Source: Isurus oxyrinchus (Eukaryota). From it: DNA of 64,000 nucleotides. The stretch is taken from the NCBI GenBank assembly GCA_026770705.1, contig JANJGN010000052.1:310001-374000 (forward strand), read 5' to 3'. Below, piece by piece: positions 63,210-64,000 of the stretch. A program made the translations under genes and the position numbers. Numbering within the stretch: position 1 is the stretch's first letter; each line of letters opens with the position of its first letter. The notes under the pieces were generated by a model. The model saw only the letters and a program-made list of their open reading frames with translations. It had not been told where the DNA came from and did no database searches.

Positions 63210-63906
63210 TATCTCCCGCGCATCCCCCCTTGCAAATTCCTCTTCCTCCCAGAGCAATGTAAGGGTCCCTCCTGTCTTCACTTTTCACCCCACCAGCCTC
63301 CTCATTCAAAGGATCATTCTCCGCCATTTCCGCCAACTCCAGCATGATGCCACCACCAAACACATCTTCCCTTCACCACATCCGCCCCCCCCCACCCCCA
63401 CCCCATTGGCATTCCACAGGGATCATTCCCTCGAGGACACCCTGGTCCACTCCTCCATCACCCCTAGCACCTCAACCCTCTCCGATGACATCTTCCCATG
63501 TATTTACAGAAGGTGCAACACCTGCCCCTTTACTTCCTCCCCCCTCACTGTCCAATGACCCAAACACTCCTTCCAGGTGAAGCAGCGCTTCATGCAGACT
63601 TCCTTCAATTTAATCTACTGCATTCACTGCTCCCAATGTGGTCTCCTCTACATTGGAGACACCAAACACAGACTGGGTGATCGCTCTGATGAACACCTTC
63701 GGTCTGTCCACAAGCATGACCCAGACCTCCCTGTCGCTTGCCATTTTAACACCCCACCCTGCTCTCATGCCCACATGTCCGTCCTTGGCCTGCTGCATTG
63801 TTCCAGTGAAGCCCAACGCAAACTGGAGGAACAGCACCTCATCTTCCGACCTGGCACTTTACAGCCTTCCCGACTGAATATTGAGTTCAACACTTTCAGA
63901 TCATGA
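63210..63906 (+). mobile_element. Penelope-like retroelement fragment (GIY-YIG endonuclease)
   Basis: NLIYCIHCSQCGLLYIGDTK..EHLRSV..PVACHFN..TLQPSRLN. Confidence 0.9.
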
Positions 63907-64000
63907 ACTCTCTCCTCGATCTTCACTGCTTTTTGAACACTTTTTTATATATTCATTTTAATTGTTTTATTTGTTGACTGTTTTCCACTTATTTTTATTA

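Overview
Vertebrate genomic DNA, probably from a cartilaginous fish (inferred only from CR1/L2/Penelope/Deu-type SINE repeat content), with three assembly gaps. It holds a minus-strand tandem cluster of Siglec-like (sialic-acid-binding Ig-like lectin) receptor genes, rebuilt here exon by exon from GT/AG sites and reading phases. Gene D (55.2-62.9 kb, 5' part outside the window) is inhibitory-type: CD22/MAG-like C2 domains, an uncharged TM, and two tandem copies of its cytoplasmic exon pair (one ITIM+ITSM, one ITSM only). Gene C (leader 41.8 kb) is L-V-V-C2-TM. Gene B (leader 25.3 kb) is L-V-C2-pseudoV-C2-TM. Both have an Arg in the TM and a 12-residue Tyr-free tail, so they are activating-type. 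Gene A (leader 8.6 kb) is L-V-V and runs off the left edge. Main points: a paired inhibitory/activating Siglec cluster; tandem V-V ectodomains in which only the internal V has gained an extra Cys near where domain 2 normally supplies the interdomain disulfide; a fast-diverging distal V domain (one copy lost the essential Arg); and possibly switchable signalling tails. The rest is LINE/LTR/SINE remnants, TE-derived minisatellites and microsatellites. The long repetitive ORFs are artefacts. All gene models are predictions without transcript evidence, and repeat boundaries are approximate.
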